Program-made: the position numbers and the translations under genes
Virus record (IMG/VR): IMGVR_UViG_3300001765_000033
Coordinates: 1-64,000 of that record
Length of the DNA: 64,000 nucleotides
From: a virus
Strand: one strand, 5' to 3'
The notes under the pieces: model-generated
What the model was told of the DNA's origin: nothing
The model's database searches: none
The model's input: the letters and a program-made list of their open reading frames with translations, nothing else
Shown: piece after piece, positions 9,111-20,048 of the stretch
How positions within the stretch are numbered: the first letter of the stretch is position 1
Layout: each line of letters begins with the position of its first letter

Positions 9111-11465
9111 ATGTTATCACCAGGCGTAGAGATTAAAGAAAAAGACCTAACACTGATTGTACCAAATGTTTCTAGTACCACAGGTGGTATTGCTGGCAGA
9201 TTTACCAATGGGCCTATTGGGGTTCCTTATTTGTTATCTAGCGAGGCTGAACTAGCTGATGTTTTTGGTCCACCAAATGATATTAATTACCCAGAGTGGT
9301 TTACTGCTGCTGAATTTTTGAAATATTCTGGTGCTATGTATGTGGTTCGTGCTACTGCTACCGACACTCAGACAGCTACCCAAAAAATTCCTACTGTTGG
9401 AAAAGAAATCGTCCTTAAATCTCAAACAGATTTTGAAGATAAGCTATCCATGAGCACGGAATTTGCTTTTGGCACATATGGATTGTGGGCATCAAGACTG
9501 CCAGGGGCTATCGGTAATTCTATCGCAGTTGTTGCTGTTGATGCTGGCAATTGGGTCAATTTTTCATCGTATGCAAGTAATAATTTTAGCAAATATGGTA
9601 CTTCATTAGCTTCTCTATTTTCTCAATCGCCTAAAATGTCTGGATGGCTACAATCACAGATGCCAGTAGGCTCTGGCGCAGTATTTTCAGTAGTTACTAC
9701 TGGAGGTTCAGTTTCTGCTGTTAACGTAACTAAGGGCGGTTCTGGCTATTCGACAGGCACGTATTTAGAATTCAATGGTGCTGGTTCAGGTGCTGATTTT
9801 ACTCCAACAGTTGAAAATGGTGTTATCACTAAAATTAACATTAAGAGTGGTGGTGCTGGTTATACTGTTGCTCCAACCGTAGTAATTTCGGCTCCAGCTG
9901 ATATTGGAACTGGTCGCACCGCAACCGCAACCGCAACTCTTGGTTCTGGTGATACTGCTACTAAAGTAGTAGCAATAACCATTGTAGATGGCGGCAAAAA
10001 CTATACTGCCAGCGACAACATCGCCTTTACTATTACTGGTTCAAACTCAGAAATTGCTGTACTATTTGTGCCAAAACTAAATGATAGCGAGAGTTCTCAA
10101 GTAAATGGTATCACAGACGGTGTTATTGTGGGCATGACAAAAGTTTCTGGTGGTATCAATTATGGCACTGCTTCAGTAACTGCAACCGCATTTAACGCTT
10201 CGCTAAACGATGAACTTCATGTGATGGTTATCGATACTACTGGAAAAATTTCTGGCACTGTAAATAAAGTTTTGGAAGTATATGAAGGTCTATCAAAAGT
10301 ATCAGATGCATCAAATGCATTTGGCACTGATAATTATTACCAAACCGTTATTAACAACAACTCAAAGTATATCTACTGGCTAAAAAGCCCAACTGATGGT
10401 GCTCTAGAATATGATCTAACTGTAGATGCAAATAAACTAGCATGGGACGTTAGAGGCGCTGAAGTAGCAAATGGCACTAAGTCATTCAAACTTTTCAAGT
10501 CTACATTCTCAAAGCCAGCTTCATTAGTTTCTGGAACCGATGGTACTACGGTAACTGATGGTCAAGTTAAAGAGGGATATTCTTTGCTAGCCAATAACGA
10601 TCAATATGAAATTGCGTGTTTCCCATGTGCTGCGTTTAGCCCAGATGTTATTAAACACGTCATCGAAAATGTAGCTTATGCTCGCAAAGATGCTATGGCT
10701 TTCGTGTCTCCATATAATGTGTCTACTTCAAATCTAGCCACATCAAAATTTGGTTTGCTAAAGACCGCAAATGATATTGTAAATTTCAAGAATATCGAAA
10801 TTGCAGTTTCAGATCAATATGCACAATATGCAGTAATGGATTCTGGTTGGAAGTATATGTTTGACAAATACAACAACAAATATCGTTGGGTTCCTCTAAA
10901 TGGAGATATTGCTGGCGTTGTTGCTCGTTTGGAATTAATTTCTGAGCCTTGGTTCAGCCCAGGTGGTTATGATCGCGGTGGTATCAAGAATGTTCTAAAA
11001 CTTTCATGGAATCCTACTCAAATTGAACGTGATGTAATCTATCCAAAGGGCATTAATCCAGTGGTTGTGTTGCCAGCTGGTGGTGGTGTTATGTTGTATG
11101 GTGATCGTACCATGACAAGCAAACCAAGTGCATTTGATCGTATCAATGTCCGTCGCTTGTTTAATATCTTAGAGAAATCAATTAGTACAATGGCTAAATA
11201 CAAGCTCTTTGAAATTAATGATACATTCACACGTAGCGATTTCAAGAGTAAAGTAGACAGTTATCTGCGTGACGTTCAAGGTCGTCGTGGTATCACAGAT
11301 TATATGGTTCGTTGCGATGAAACAAATAATACTTCTGATGTTATTGACCGTAATGAATTTAGAGCAGCCGTGCTTTGTAAACCAGCCCGGAGCATTAATT
11401 TTATTACTCTATCTTTTGTAGCAGTTTCTACTGGTGTAGCATTTAGCACGGTTGTTGGAGCTTAA
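9111..11465 (+). CDS. gp18: Tail sheath protein gp18
   Basis: SPGVEIKEKDLT, PWFSPGG, FDRINVRRLF, KPARSINFI. Confidence 0.96.
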   Translation: MLSPGVEIKEKDLTLIVPNVSSTTGGIAGRFTNGPIGVPYLLSSEAELADVFGPPNDINYPEWFTAAEFLKYSGAMYVVRATATDTQTATQKIPTVGKEIVLKSQTDFEDKLSMSTEFAFGTYGLWASRLPGAIGNSIAVVAVDAGNWVNFSSYASNNFSKYGTSLASLFSQSPKMSGWLQSQMPVGSGAVFSVVTTGGSVSAVNVTKGGSGYSTGTYLEFNGAGSGADFTPTVENGVITKINIKSGGAGYTVAPTVVISAPADIGTGRTATATATLGSGDTATKVVAITIVDGGKNYTASDNIAFTITGSNSEIAVLFVPKLNDSESSQVNGITDGVIVGMTKVSGGINYGTASVTATAFNASLNDELHVMVIDTTGKISGTVNKVLEVYEGLSKVSDASNAFGTDNYYQTVINNNSKYIYWLKSPTDGALEYDLTVDANKLAWDVRGAEVANGTKSFKLFKSTFSKPASLVSGTDGTTVTDGQVKEGYSLLANNDQYEIACFPCAAFSPDVIKHVIENVAYARKDAMAFVSPYNVSTSNLATSKFGLLKTANDIVNFKNIEIAVSDQYAQYAVMDSGWKYMFDKYNNKYRWVPLNGDIAGVVARLELISEPWFSPGGYDRGGIKNVLKLSWNPTQIERDVIYPKGINPVVVLPAGGGVMLYGDRTMTSKPSAFDRINVRRLFNILEKSISTMAKYKLFEINDTFTRSDFKSKVDSYLRDVQGRRGITDYMVRCDETNNTSDVIDRNEFRAAVLCKPARSINFITLSFVAVSTGVAFSTVVGA

Positions 11466-11548
11466 TAAAATGCAAATGGGGATTATTTCCCATTAACATA
11501 TGCTACTAAATATAAAAATTAATAGAGATAAATAAGGAGATAATGTAA

Positions 11549-12136
11549 ATGTCTATTCTAGATTTCAAAAGTTCGCTCATCGGAGGTGGTGCAAGACCTA
11601 ATAATTTTAGGGTTGAACTATCTTTTCCTAGTGTAGTTTCCGGTACAGGAGATGCTGCGAGGAAAAATCAGTTTCTGTGCCACGCAACAACATTACCAGG
11701 GTCATCTGTAGGTATCGCAATGGCAAATTATCGTGGGCGCGAAGTACCATTGGCTGGCGAACGCACATTTCAGCCTTGGACAATTAATGTCTATAACGAC
11801 ACCGATTTTCTAATTCGTGATGCATTTGAATCTTGGATGAACAAGATCAATGATGTTAAAGAAAATACTGGTATCACAAACCCTATGTTGTACACCGCAT
11901 CAGCAACTGTACATCAGCTAGATCGTAACGGAGCCACTCTTAAATCTTACACATTAGCTGATGCTTGGCCTACTCAAATCGGCGAAATCCAGTTAGATTT
12001 TAGCCAAAATCAACAGATTGAATCTTTCCCAGTTACTTTCGTATACACATACTGGACTGCTCAAACATCTTCTGGTGCAATTGGCGGTTCTATCGGAATT
12101 AACACACCTGTTGGTGGTATCGGTGGCGCTATCTAA
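11549..12136 (+). CDS. gp19: Tail tube protein gp19
   Basis: GGARPNNF, LPGS, AGERTF.PW, DTDF.IR..FE.W. Confidence 0.95.
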   Translation: MSILDFKSSLIGGGARPNNFRVELSFPSVVSGTGDAARKNQFLCHATTLPGSSVGIAMANYRGREVPLAGERTFQPWTINVYNDTDFLIRDAFESWMNKINDVKENTGITNPMLYTASATVHQLDRNGATLKSYTLADAWPTQIGEIQLDFSQNQQIESFPVTFVYTYWTAQTSSGAIGGSIGINTPVGGIGGAI

Positions 12137-12181
12137 ATAATAGTGAATACATTACATTATGAAATTATTTAAAGGTTTTAG

Positions 12182-15127
12182 ATGGCATTAAATTTATTTG
12201 GGTTAGAAATAAAGAGGATCGAAAAGGCACAGGAAATTTCTGCTCCTTTATCTCCACCAAGAAATGATGATGGTGCTCAAGATACTGCATCATCACTTGG
12301 TTCTCTTTACTATGGAGTGTATCTAGACACTTCTGGTTCAGTTCAATCTGAATTTAATGCTATTCAAACCTATAGACAAATATCTCAATATCCTGAAATT
12401 GATATTGCTATTCAAGATATTGTTAATGAAGCAATTCCACACGAAAATGCATCAAAGCAAGTTCAAATTTCGTTTGAAGAAGATGCTGAATATTCTGATG
12501 AATTAAAAGAAACTATCTCTGAAGAGTTTGATACAGTTTTGAAACTTCTTAATTATAATGAAATTTCATCTGATATTTTCAGGCAATGGTATGTAGATAG
12601 CAGAATTGCTTTCCAAGTTTTAGTAGATAAAGCAGATTTGAGTCGTGGTATTGTTGAACTTCGACCATTAGAAGCTTTGAAATTGAGAAAAGTTCGTGAG
12701 ATTCAAAAACAAAAGACTGCCCTTGGTATTGATTCAATTGCTAAGGTTGAAGAGTATTTTTTGTACAACGAAGCAGGATTTGCTCTAAGCGGAAAAGGTG
12801 GTAATTCTGTTGGACAAACAAATAATAATCAGAGTGTACAAACTGGGGTTAAATTAAATACAGATTCTGTGCTTTATACACCTTCAGGTATTTTTGATAC
12901 CAATGGAACTACAGTTATTGGGTATTTAAATAAGTGTTTAGCTAAAGGCACTAGAATCAGAACTTCTAATGGATGGAAGCAAATTGAAGATTTAAATATT
13001 GGCGACGAACTTTATTATTTTGACACAAAAAATAATAAAGTCGGTTTAACAAAAGTATCTGAAAAATGGAACAATGGAACAAAATCTACGGTCATTATTA
13101 GAACATTGCATTCGTCGATTAATTGTACAGCAGATCATCCAATATATGTATTCGACAATAAATCCAAAATATCTGAGTATATAAATGCTGAAAATTTAGA
13201 TGCGACAAAACACCAAGTTTACTTGCCTATTAATGAAACGACGGATGGTGAAACCATCGACTTTCCTGCATCAAAAAGAGAAATTGTATCTTCGGTTGTT
13301 AATTCAACCGAATGGATAAATTTTGATTACAAAGGTAAGAAAAAAACAATTTTTGAAGTAGCAGATAAAATTGGAATAAACAAGCATAGGTTATATACTT
13401 TTGTTTATGGAAATATGCCAATTAACTCAATTATGGCAGAAAAGGCATCTGAACTATTAAAAGAAATTTCTGGATTTGAATTAAAATTAGAAAGCAGATT
13501 ATTTGGTAATTATGTGTATGGCACAAATTTACCAAATAATGTTGATGTTGATTTTGCTAAATTATTCGGATTTTTGATTGGTGATGGTTGGATTAATGAT
13601 AGAAAAGATGGAAAAAGAATTGGATTTTCTGAGGGCGTATATCCTGAATTAAATGAAGAATATTCTTCATTAATAATAAAGTATTTTGAAAATTGTAAAA
13701 GAGTCGTCAGTAAAAATCGCAAATCACAATATATGTCTTATTTTTGTAATAATGTTCATGCTGTAGAATTATTACAAAATATGGGATTTATCAGTGGAGC
13801 AAAAACAAAAAGAATTCCTGAATGGGTTTTTAGAGCTTCTAATGAAATAAAAATTTCATTTATACAAGGCTTGATGGACGCAGATGGCAGCGAAGTTGAT
13901 ACTAATAATGAAACATGGTCTTATGTTATAGGATTAGCAAACGAACTTTTAATAAAAGATATTAAAGAATTATGGACCTCTATCGGTTTCTGTTCTGGAA
14001 AAATAACCAAAGTAATACAAAAAGCGGGATTGACAATATTAGACAGCAAGCCAATTGGAGAAACAATAGCTTGGAGATTATATCTTTCTAAAAAGAAACT
14101 TCCAAATACAGAAAATATCATAGAAATTAAACGAGCAGATGATATTGAAGTATATGATATTGAAGTTGAAAATGAAGAGCATAATTTTATAGCAAATGGC
14201 ATCGTAGTTCACAATTGTATCAGACCTATCAACCAACTTAGGATGATGGAAGATGCTATGGTTGTTCAGCGTATCGCTAGAGCACCAGAACGCAGAATTT
14301 TTTATATTGACGTTGGATCATTGCCTAAAGCCAAAGCAGAGCAATACGTTAAAGATATTATGAATCAATATCGAAACAAAATTGTTTATAATGGAGAAAC
14401 AGGCCAACTTTCAGCAGATAAAAAGTATATGTCAACCTTAGAAGATTTCTTTATTCCTCAAAGGGAATCTAAAGGAACTAAGATCGAGACATTGCCCGGT
14501 ATGCAGAATAATGGTATTGAAGATACACAATATTTTAAAGAGCGAGTTTACGAAGCTCTTAATATTCCAAAGTCTAGACTGCAACCAGAAACTGGATTTA
14601 GTATTGGTAGGTCAACTGAGGTAACTCGTGATGAAGTTAAATTTCAAAAATTTATTGATCGCCTTCGTCGAAAATTCTCTAGAATATTCTATGACTCATT
14701 AAAAACTCAACTTATTCTAAAAGGTATTTGTAATAACCTAGAATGGGAAGAAATTCGTCAGAATCTTTATTTTGAATTCCAAAAAGATAATGCATTCTCT
14801 GAGCTAAAAGATATTGAAGTATTAACATCTAAATTAGGGCTATTGCAACAAGCCGATCAATACTTGGGTAAATATTTCAGTAAAGAGTATGTAAATCGTC
14901 ACATTCTACATTTTAATGATGAAGAGTTGGAAAGAATGCAGGAACAAATTGAAATGGAAAAGGGTGATCCTACGGCGCAACCAACAATTCCTGGTATGCC
15001 TCCTGGTATGGACCCTTCAATGATGGGTGGTGATCCTAATGCTCAAGGGGGTCAATTTGATGATCCTAATGCACCACCAGATTTTGATCCGAATAATCCA
15101 CAATCTCAACCAACACAAGGACAATAA
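12182..15127 (+). CDS. gp20: Portal protein gp20 containing an intein
   Basis: NQLRMMEDA, RAPERRIFYIDVG, EDFFIP, RDEVKF. Confidence 0.95.
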   Translation: MALNLFGLEIKRIEKAQEISAPLSPPRNDDGAQDTASSLGSLYYGVYLDTSGSVQSEFNAIQTYRQISQYPEIDIAIQDIVNEAIPHENASKQVQISFEEDAEYSDELKETISEEFDTVLKLLNYNEISSDIFRQWYVDSRIAFQVLVDKADLSRGIVELRPLEALKLRKVREIQKQKTALGIDSIAKVEEYFLYNEAGFALSGKGGNSVGQTNNNQSVQTGVKLNTDSVLYTPSGIFDTNGTTVIGYLNKCLAKGTRIRTSNGWKQIEDLNIGDELYYFDTKNNKVGLTKVSEKWNNGTKSTVIIRTLHSSINCTADHPIYVFDNKSKISEYINAENLDATKHQVYLPINETTDGETIDFPASKREIVSSVVNSTEWINFDYKGKKKTIFEVADKIGINKHRLYTFVYGNMPINSIMAEKASELLKEISGFELKLESRLFGNYVYGTNLPNNVDVDFAKLFGFLIGDGWINDRKDGKRIGFSEGVYPELNEEYSSLIIKYFENCKRVVSKNRKSQYMSYFCNNVHAVELLQNMGFISGAKTKRIPEWVFRASNEIKISFIQGLMDADGSEVDTNNETWSYVIGLANELLIKDIKELWTSIGFCSGKITKVIQKAGLTILDSKPIGETIAWRLYLSKKKLPNTENIIEIKRADDIEVYDIEVENEEHNFIANGIVVHNCIRPINQLRMMEDAMVVQRIARAPERRIFYIDVGSLPKAKAEQYVKDIMNQYRNKIVYNGETGQLSADKKYMSTLEDFFIPQRESKGTKIETLPGMQNNGIEDTQYFKERVYEALNIPKSRLQPETGFSIGRSTEVTRDEVKFQKFIDRLRRKFSRIFYDSLKTQLILKGICNNLEWEEIRQNLYFEFQKDNAFSELKDIEVLTSKLGLLQQADQYLGKYFSKEYVNRHILHFNDEELERMQEQIEMEKGDPTAQPTIPGMPPGMDPSMMGGDPNAQGGQFDDPNAPPDFDPNNPQSQPTQGQ
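12935..14215 (+). mobile_element. LAGLIDADG intein (427 aa) in portal
   Basis: YLNK|CLAKGT...TADH...LFGFLIGDG...FIQGLMDADG...VYDIEV...VHN|CIRP. Confidence 0.93.
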
Positions 15128-15757
15128 ATGATTACCGAAGCACAATTAGAATATAAAATAAATTTATTTGCCGAATATATGTCAGAAATGTCAGGAGAAG
15201 TTGTTTCTGAGAATAATATGTCTGATGCTGATGCAGATGAAATTTCTAGTATTCTATTAGATTACTTTATCGAAAATTATCATCAACCATCACTCAAAGA
15301 AGCTGCATTCAATTGTATCACTGGAATTGACCCAAATCAAGAATTGTATGAAGATATTGCGGAATTATTCTTAGATGAATCGATTGGCGGGTTTATTTCT
15401 GGCGCTGCTCATTTTATTGGAAATGCTTCAGCAAAAAGAAACGATAGGAAAGCTGCTAATGCAACTAACAAAGCTCAGAATAAGTTTTCAAACGCAGATT
15501 CAAAAGCAAGATCAACCGCATCTAACGGTTTGGTGAAAGCATATAGAACTGGTAGAGCAGCCAAATTAGGAAACAAATTAGCCAATGCTCAAAGAAAATC
15601 TTCTGATGCAAATTCTGCTCTAAGAGACAGAATGCAAAGAACTGACGCTATGAAGCAAAAAATCGATAATAAAATTTCAAGCGTTAAAAATAGTATAACA
15701 AATGCTCCAAAAAAAGCTGCACATGCTCTAGGGTCTTTTGTTGGTAGATTTGCATAA
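15128..15757 (+). CDS. Head-module protein, acidic N-half and basic C-half (putative core/internal protein)
   Basis: Position between portal and core genes; charge switch at FLDE|S. Confidence 0.5.
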   Translation: MITEAQLEYKINLFAEYMSEMSGEVVSENNMSDADADEISSILLDYFIENYHQPSLKEAAFNCITGIDPNQELYEDIAELFLDESIGGFISGAAHFIGNASAKRNDRKAANATNKAQNKFSNADSKARSTASNGLVKAYRTGRAAKLGNKLANAQRKSSDANSALRDRMQRTDAMKQKIDNKISSVKNSITNAPKKAAHALGSFVGRFA

Positions 15758-15778
15758 ATATTTTAAAGGATAATAAAA

Positions 15779-16120
15779 ATGAACAAAATCGAAGACATGG
15801 TTAATAGCCTAGTTCAAGGCGACAAAGAAGCAGCAGCAGATATGTTTAATGACATCTTTTCTGAAAAAGCAGCAGAAGTTTTGAATCAATATTCACAGGA
15901 AATTGGCAAGACTTTTTTTGATGGTCAAGTTAAAGAAGCTGTTCACCCAACACAAGCCTCTCAATATGAAGCTGATTGTAAGAGAACAGGAAAATCTCAT
16001 TCTCAGTTGGCTGATGAACATGACAAATATGCAAAACATATGAGAAGTTTAGGTAAGGATGGTCTAGCAGTCAGATCAGAACTGATGGCAAAAGATCACA
16101 GAGAATTAGCAGGAAAATAA
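15779..16120 (+). CDS. Prohead core protein, gp67-like, with C-terminal extension
   Basis: Acidic helical N-terminus (QGDKEAAADMFNDIF); synteny. Confidence 0.55.
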   Translation: MNKIEDMVNSLVQGDKEAAADMFNDIFSEKAAEVLNQYSQEIGKTFFDGQVKEAVHPTQASQYEADCKRTGKSHSQLADEHDKYAKHMRSLGKDGLAVRSELMAKDHRELAGK

Positions 16121-16121
16121 A

Positions 16122-16661
16122 ATGAAACTAATTCAATTAAAACGAACTGTTGGAATTAGCGCCGCAAACTATGCAGCTGGTAATTGGACATGGACGACAT
16201 TAACGCCACATTACCTAGCAGTTGGTGACACATTCACAGTTGTTGACCCTAGACAAAGTAATACTTTTGTAGCTACTGCTTTAGCAGGAACTACTGGCTC
16301 TACTATTGTTTTTGCATCTACAGACACTGGTTTGATTAAGCCTACTGCTCTTTTGCTTGACAATTATGGCACTGGCGTAACTGGACAGCAAACACCATTT
16401 ACATTTAGTTTCGTTGACTCCATTAGTGGATTAATTCATGTGGTTTCAAACGGCACTGCAACGACAACCGTTAAAGCCCAAGGTTCTCTCGATGGAATTC
16501 ATTGGATTGATATTGCTGCTGCAACAGCTATTACTGCAGGTAGTCAGTTAGAAATTCCAGTTACTAAACCATATGTCTATGGGGTTTTAAATTTTACAGC
16601 TGCAGTAGCTTCTGCAGGCGGTGGAGTTAATACTATCAAGGCTTATAAGGCAGGATGCTAA
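16122..16661 (+). CDS. Putative virion structural protein (beta-rich)
   Basis: Thr/Gly-rich ORF inside the head operon. Confidence 0.5.
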   Translation: MKLIQLKRTVGISAANYAAGNWTWTTLTPHYLAVGDTFTVVDPRQSNTFVATALAGTTGSTIVFASTDTGLIKPTALLLDNYGTGVTGQQTPFTFSFVDSISGLIHVVSNGTATTTVKAQGSLDGIHWIDIAAATAITAGSQLEIPVTKPYVYGVLNFTAAVASAGGGVNTIKAYKAGC

Positions 16662-16662
16662 A

Positions 16663-17307
16663 ATGAAATTACTACAAGAACTAAATGAATCTGTCGATTT
16701 CTTAATCGAAGATTCTAAAGCAGGAAAAAAGTATATGATTGAAGGGCCATTTCTTTCATATGATACCCCAAATAAAAATGGTAGATTATATCCAGAATCT
16801 GTAATGAGAAAAGCAGTTGGCAAATATAATGAAGAATTTGTAAGTAAGAATCGTGCAATTTCCGAATTGGGTCATCCACCAAATCCGACAGTCAATCTAG
16901 AACGTGTTTCTCATGTAATTAAATCATTAAATTTTAACGAATCTACAAAAGCAGTTATCGGTAAGGCCGAAATTATCGAAACACCAATGGGTAAGATTGC
17001 TAGAAATTTGATGGAAGCTGGCGTAAAACTTGGAGTATCTTCAAGGGGTCTAGGTTCAGTTAAAGCTTTGAATGGATTAAATCACGTTCAGGAAGATTTC
17101 GTTATTTCCGCTATTGATATTGTTGGTGATCCCAGTGGACATGGATGCACTGTTGAAGGTATCTATGAAAACGCAGATTGGGTTTTGAAAAATGGCGAAT
17201 GGGTTCAACTGATGGTAGATATTCAAAAGAAACAAATTGATGAATCTGTTTTACTTAAAAAGTATAATAGTTTCTTAAAGAATCTGGCTAACGGGCAATA
17301 TAAATAA
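16663..17307 (+). CDS. gp21: Prohead protease gp21
   Basis: NKNGRLYP, ELGHP, GVSSRGLGS; ATG at 16663 preferred to GTG at 16621. Confidence 0.95.
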   Translation: MKLLQELNESVDFLIEDSKAGKKYMIEGPFLSYDTPNKNGRLYPESVMRKAVGKYNEEFVSKNRAISELGHPPNPTVNLERVSHVIKSLNFNESTKAVIGKAEIIETPMGKIARNLMEAGVKLGVSSRGLGSVKALNGLNHVQEDFVISAIDIVGDPSGHGCTVEGIYENADWVLKNGEWVQLMVDIQKKQIDESVLLKKYNSFLKNLANGQYK

Positions 17308-17393
17308 TAATATACATTGCGCATTAACCAAAAATAATTGATGGAAATACGTGAAGAATTGAAAATGCTAAATATTAATAATAGGAGAATTAA

Positions 17394-18653
17394 ATGACTT
17401 TAGAAGAACGCATTAAGGCATTGCTAGAAAGCAGCCAAACTAAAAAAGAATTAGACGAAGCTAAATTTAAATTTGCCAAAGATGGTTCTGGTGAAGTTGA
17501 TACTTCTGGCGATGAAAAAGATTCTGAAGACGAAGATCAAGAGGATCAAGATTCAGAAGACCAAACTGATGACGAAAAAGATGGCGATGATCAAGAGGAT
17601 GATGACGAAAAAGACACCGATTTCTCAAAAGAAACCAAAAAGAATCAAATCGCTGTAAAAGAAGACGCATCAAATGAAATGCTAAAAGCTGGTGCTTCAA
17701 AGAAAGAAGCTGGTGGTAAATTAAAAGAGCCACCTAATTCTGGCGACAAGCAAGATGATGCTGGTTTGAATGCAAAGTTGAAGGCTGGATTTGGAAAAAA
17801 AGATATTCCTGCACGCTCGGTCAAAGGGTTTCCTGCTGCACAAAATACGTCCAATTCAGCCAATCAGGTTGATACTCAATCTCTACCATCAAAACCAAAT
17901 AAGGTCACTGTCGGTGAATCAATGTCAGTTTTATTTGATGGCGAAGAGTTATCAGAAGAATTTAAATCAAAAGCAGAAACAATTTTTGAGTCTGCAGTAA
18001 ATATTTTAGTTGAGCAACGAGTTGCTGAATTAGAAGAAGAATTTCAGGCAAAGATTGAAGAATTGTCTGAAGAAGTGAGTGAGCAAGTAGAAGAAGCTGT
18101 TGCCCAAGTGCAAAATGAATTAGTCGAAAATATTGATGGGTTTTTAGATTCTGTTGTAAAACAGTGGGTGAGCGACAATCATGTAGCATTGGAAAGCGGT
18201 ATCAAGGTAGAAATGGTTACTAATTTTATTGATGGATTGAAAACTCTCTTTACAGAGAATTATATTGAAGTACCAGAAGATAAACTGGACGTGGTAGAAG
18301 AGCAAGCAAACCAAATTGCTGAGTTAGAAGATGCCTTAGTCGCTATCAATGAAGATAACGAACAATTAGCAGAAGGATTCGTAGAGTTGAAGAAATCTAC
18401 TCTTATTGAATCTGCAGCTAAAGGTTTAACTCTAAAGCAAAAAGAAAAGTTTGCATCACTCTGCGAAGGTCTGGAATATGCCTCTGATGAAGAGTATGTA
18501 AGTAAGGTAAAAACTATCCGCGAATCTTATTTCAAGGGTGGTGAAGAATCTAAAGGTTCATTTGAACAAGTAACAGAAGAAGTCATTGTTCCTAGCGACA
18601 TGATGAACAAATATGTTACTACTCTAAGTGGCCCACTAAAGTTCTCAAAGTAA
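17394..18653 (+). CDS. gp22: Prohead core scaffold gp22
   Basis: LSEEFKSKAETIFE, LFTENYIEVPE, IRESYF. Confidence 0.92.
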   Translation: MTLEERIKALLESSQTKKELDEAKFKFAKDGSGEVDTSGDEKDSEDEDQEDQDSEDQTDDEKDGDDQEDDDEKDTDFSKETKKNQIAVKEDASNEMLKAGASKKEAGGKLKEPPNSGDKQDDAGLNAKLKAGFGKKDIPARSVKGFPAAQNTSNSANQVDTQSLPSKPNKVTVGESMSVLFDGEELSEEFKSKAETIFESAVNILVEQRVAELEEEFQAKIEELSEEVSEQVEEAVAQVQNELVENIDGFLDSVVKQWVSDNHVALESGIKVEMVTNFIDGLKTLFTENYIEVPEDKLDVVEEQANQIAELEDALVAINEDNEQLAEGFVELKKSTLIESAAKGLTLKQKEKFASLCEGLEYASDEEYVSKVKTIRESYFKGGEESKGSFEQVTEEVIVPSDMMNKYVTTLSGPLKFSK

Positions 18654-18666
18654 GTTTTTAAAAATC

Positions 18667-18683
18667 GAGGGATAGATTCCCTC
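18667..18683 (+). promoter_or_regulatory. Stem-loop in the 5' leader of gp23
   Basis: GAGGGA-TAGAT-TCCCTC upstream of the RBS. Confidence 0.5.
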
Positions 18684-18703
18684 TTCAATAAAAGGAAAAT
18701 AAT

Positions 18704-19996
18704 ATGTTAACCGAATCACAATTAATGGAAAAATGGAACCCAGTTCTAAACCATCCTGATCTACCAGCAATCGAGTCTTTCCACAAGAAGCGCACGATGG
18801 CAGTTATGCTTGAAAATCAAGAGGCTTCTATGGCTTCTGAAAAGCAAATGCTCCAAGAAGCTGGTAACTATGCCTCTCAAGCTGCTAACTATGACCCAAT
18901 TCTAATTGGGCTAGTTCGTCGTTCTATGCCACAGTTGATCGCTTATGACATTTGTGGTGTACAACCAATGTCTGGTCCTTCTGGTTTGATCTTCGCTATG
19001 AAGACTCGCTACGGTGGCAATGATAATACGACTGCTCCAACAGCACGTGAAGAAGCATTGTTCAACGAAGCCGACACCGATTACTCTGGTACTGGCACTC
19101 ACGCTGGCACAAACCCATTTTCATTGGGTACTATTGCTAAAGGTATTACATCTGTTGAAGCTTTCAACACTGCAACTACTCCAACTTCTGCTGAAGTTAA
19201 AGACCCAGCTGAAATGTCATTCTCAATCGAAAAGATGACTGTTACTGCAAGTTCTCGTGCATTGAAAGCTGGTTATTCAATCGAATTGCAACAAGATTTG
19301 AAGGCAGTGCATGGTCTAGACGCAGAAGCTGAATTGAGCAACATTCTCTCTTCAGAAATCACTGCTGAAATCAACCGCGAAGTTGTCCGTACAGTGTACA
19401 AAGCTGCTAAAACTGGTTGCCAAAATACAACTACTGCTGGCACTTTTGACCTAGACGTAGACGCAAATGGTCGCTGGTCAGTTGAGCGTTTCAAAGGTCT
19501 AATGTTCCAAATCGAACGTGAAGCCAATTTTATCGGCCAACAAACCCGTAGAGGTCGTGGTAATTTCTTGCTAGTATCTGCTGACGTTGCTTCAGCATTA
19601 GCAATGACTGGTACTCTAGACTATAAGACTGGCATTTCTGCTGGTTTGAATGTTGACGATACCTCTACCACTTTTGCTGGTACTCTAAATGGTAAGTTCA
19701 AGGTATATATTGATCCATATCTCTCTAACGGTGATAATGCTAATCAGTTTATGCTAGTTGGTTATCGTGGTACTTCTCCATTCGACGCTGGTGCCTTTTA
19801 TTGCCCATATGTTCCACTACAATTGCTACGTGCTGTTGATCCAACAACTTTCCAACCAAAGATTGGTTTCAAGACTCGTTACGCTATTGCTGGTCATCCT
19901 ATGGCACTAACTAACACAACTGGTGTATTGTCAGATACCCTAGCTTCTGGTGTAAATACCTATTTTCGTTTGAGCAAGATTTTGAATCTTTCCTAA
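18704..19996 (+). CDS. gp23: Major capsid protein gp23
   Basis: GVQPMSGPSGLIFA, ELQQDLKAVHGLDAE, YCPYVPL, FQPKIGFKTRY. Confidence 0.98.
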   Translation: MLTESQLMEKWNPVLNHPDLPAIESFHKKRTMAVMLENQEASMASEKQMLQEAGNYASQAANYDPILIGLVRRSMPQLIAYDICGVQPMSGPSGLIFAMKTRYGGNDNTTAPTAREEALFNEADTDYSGTGTHAGTNPFSLGTIAKGITSVEAFNTATTPTSAEVKDPAEMSFSIEKMTVTASSRALKAGYSIELQQDLKAVHGLDAEAELSNILSSEITAEINREVVRTVYKAAKTGCQNTTTAGTFDLDVDANGRWSVERFKGLMFQIEREANFIGQQTRRGRGNFLLVSADVASALAMTGTLDYKTGISAGLNVDDTSTTFAGTLNGKFKVYIDPYLSNGDNANQFMLVGYRGTSPFDAGAFYCPYVPLQLLRAVDPTTFQPKIGFKTRYAIAGHPMALTNTTGVLSDTLASGVNTYFRLSKILNLS

Positions 19997-20048
19997 TCAA
20001 ATCAGCAACTTACGCCATTTACTTGATGTAAGTTGTCAAGATTCCATA

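Noticed and set aside
20000-20035. IHF-consensus-like AATCAGCAACTTA within a small hairpin after gp23
   Set aside because: A single degenerate match in AT-rich DNA is too weak to call
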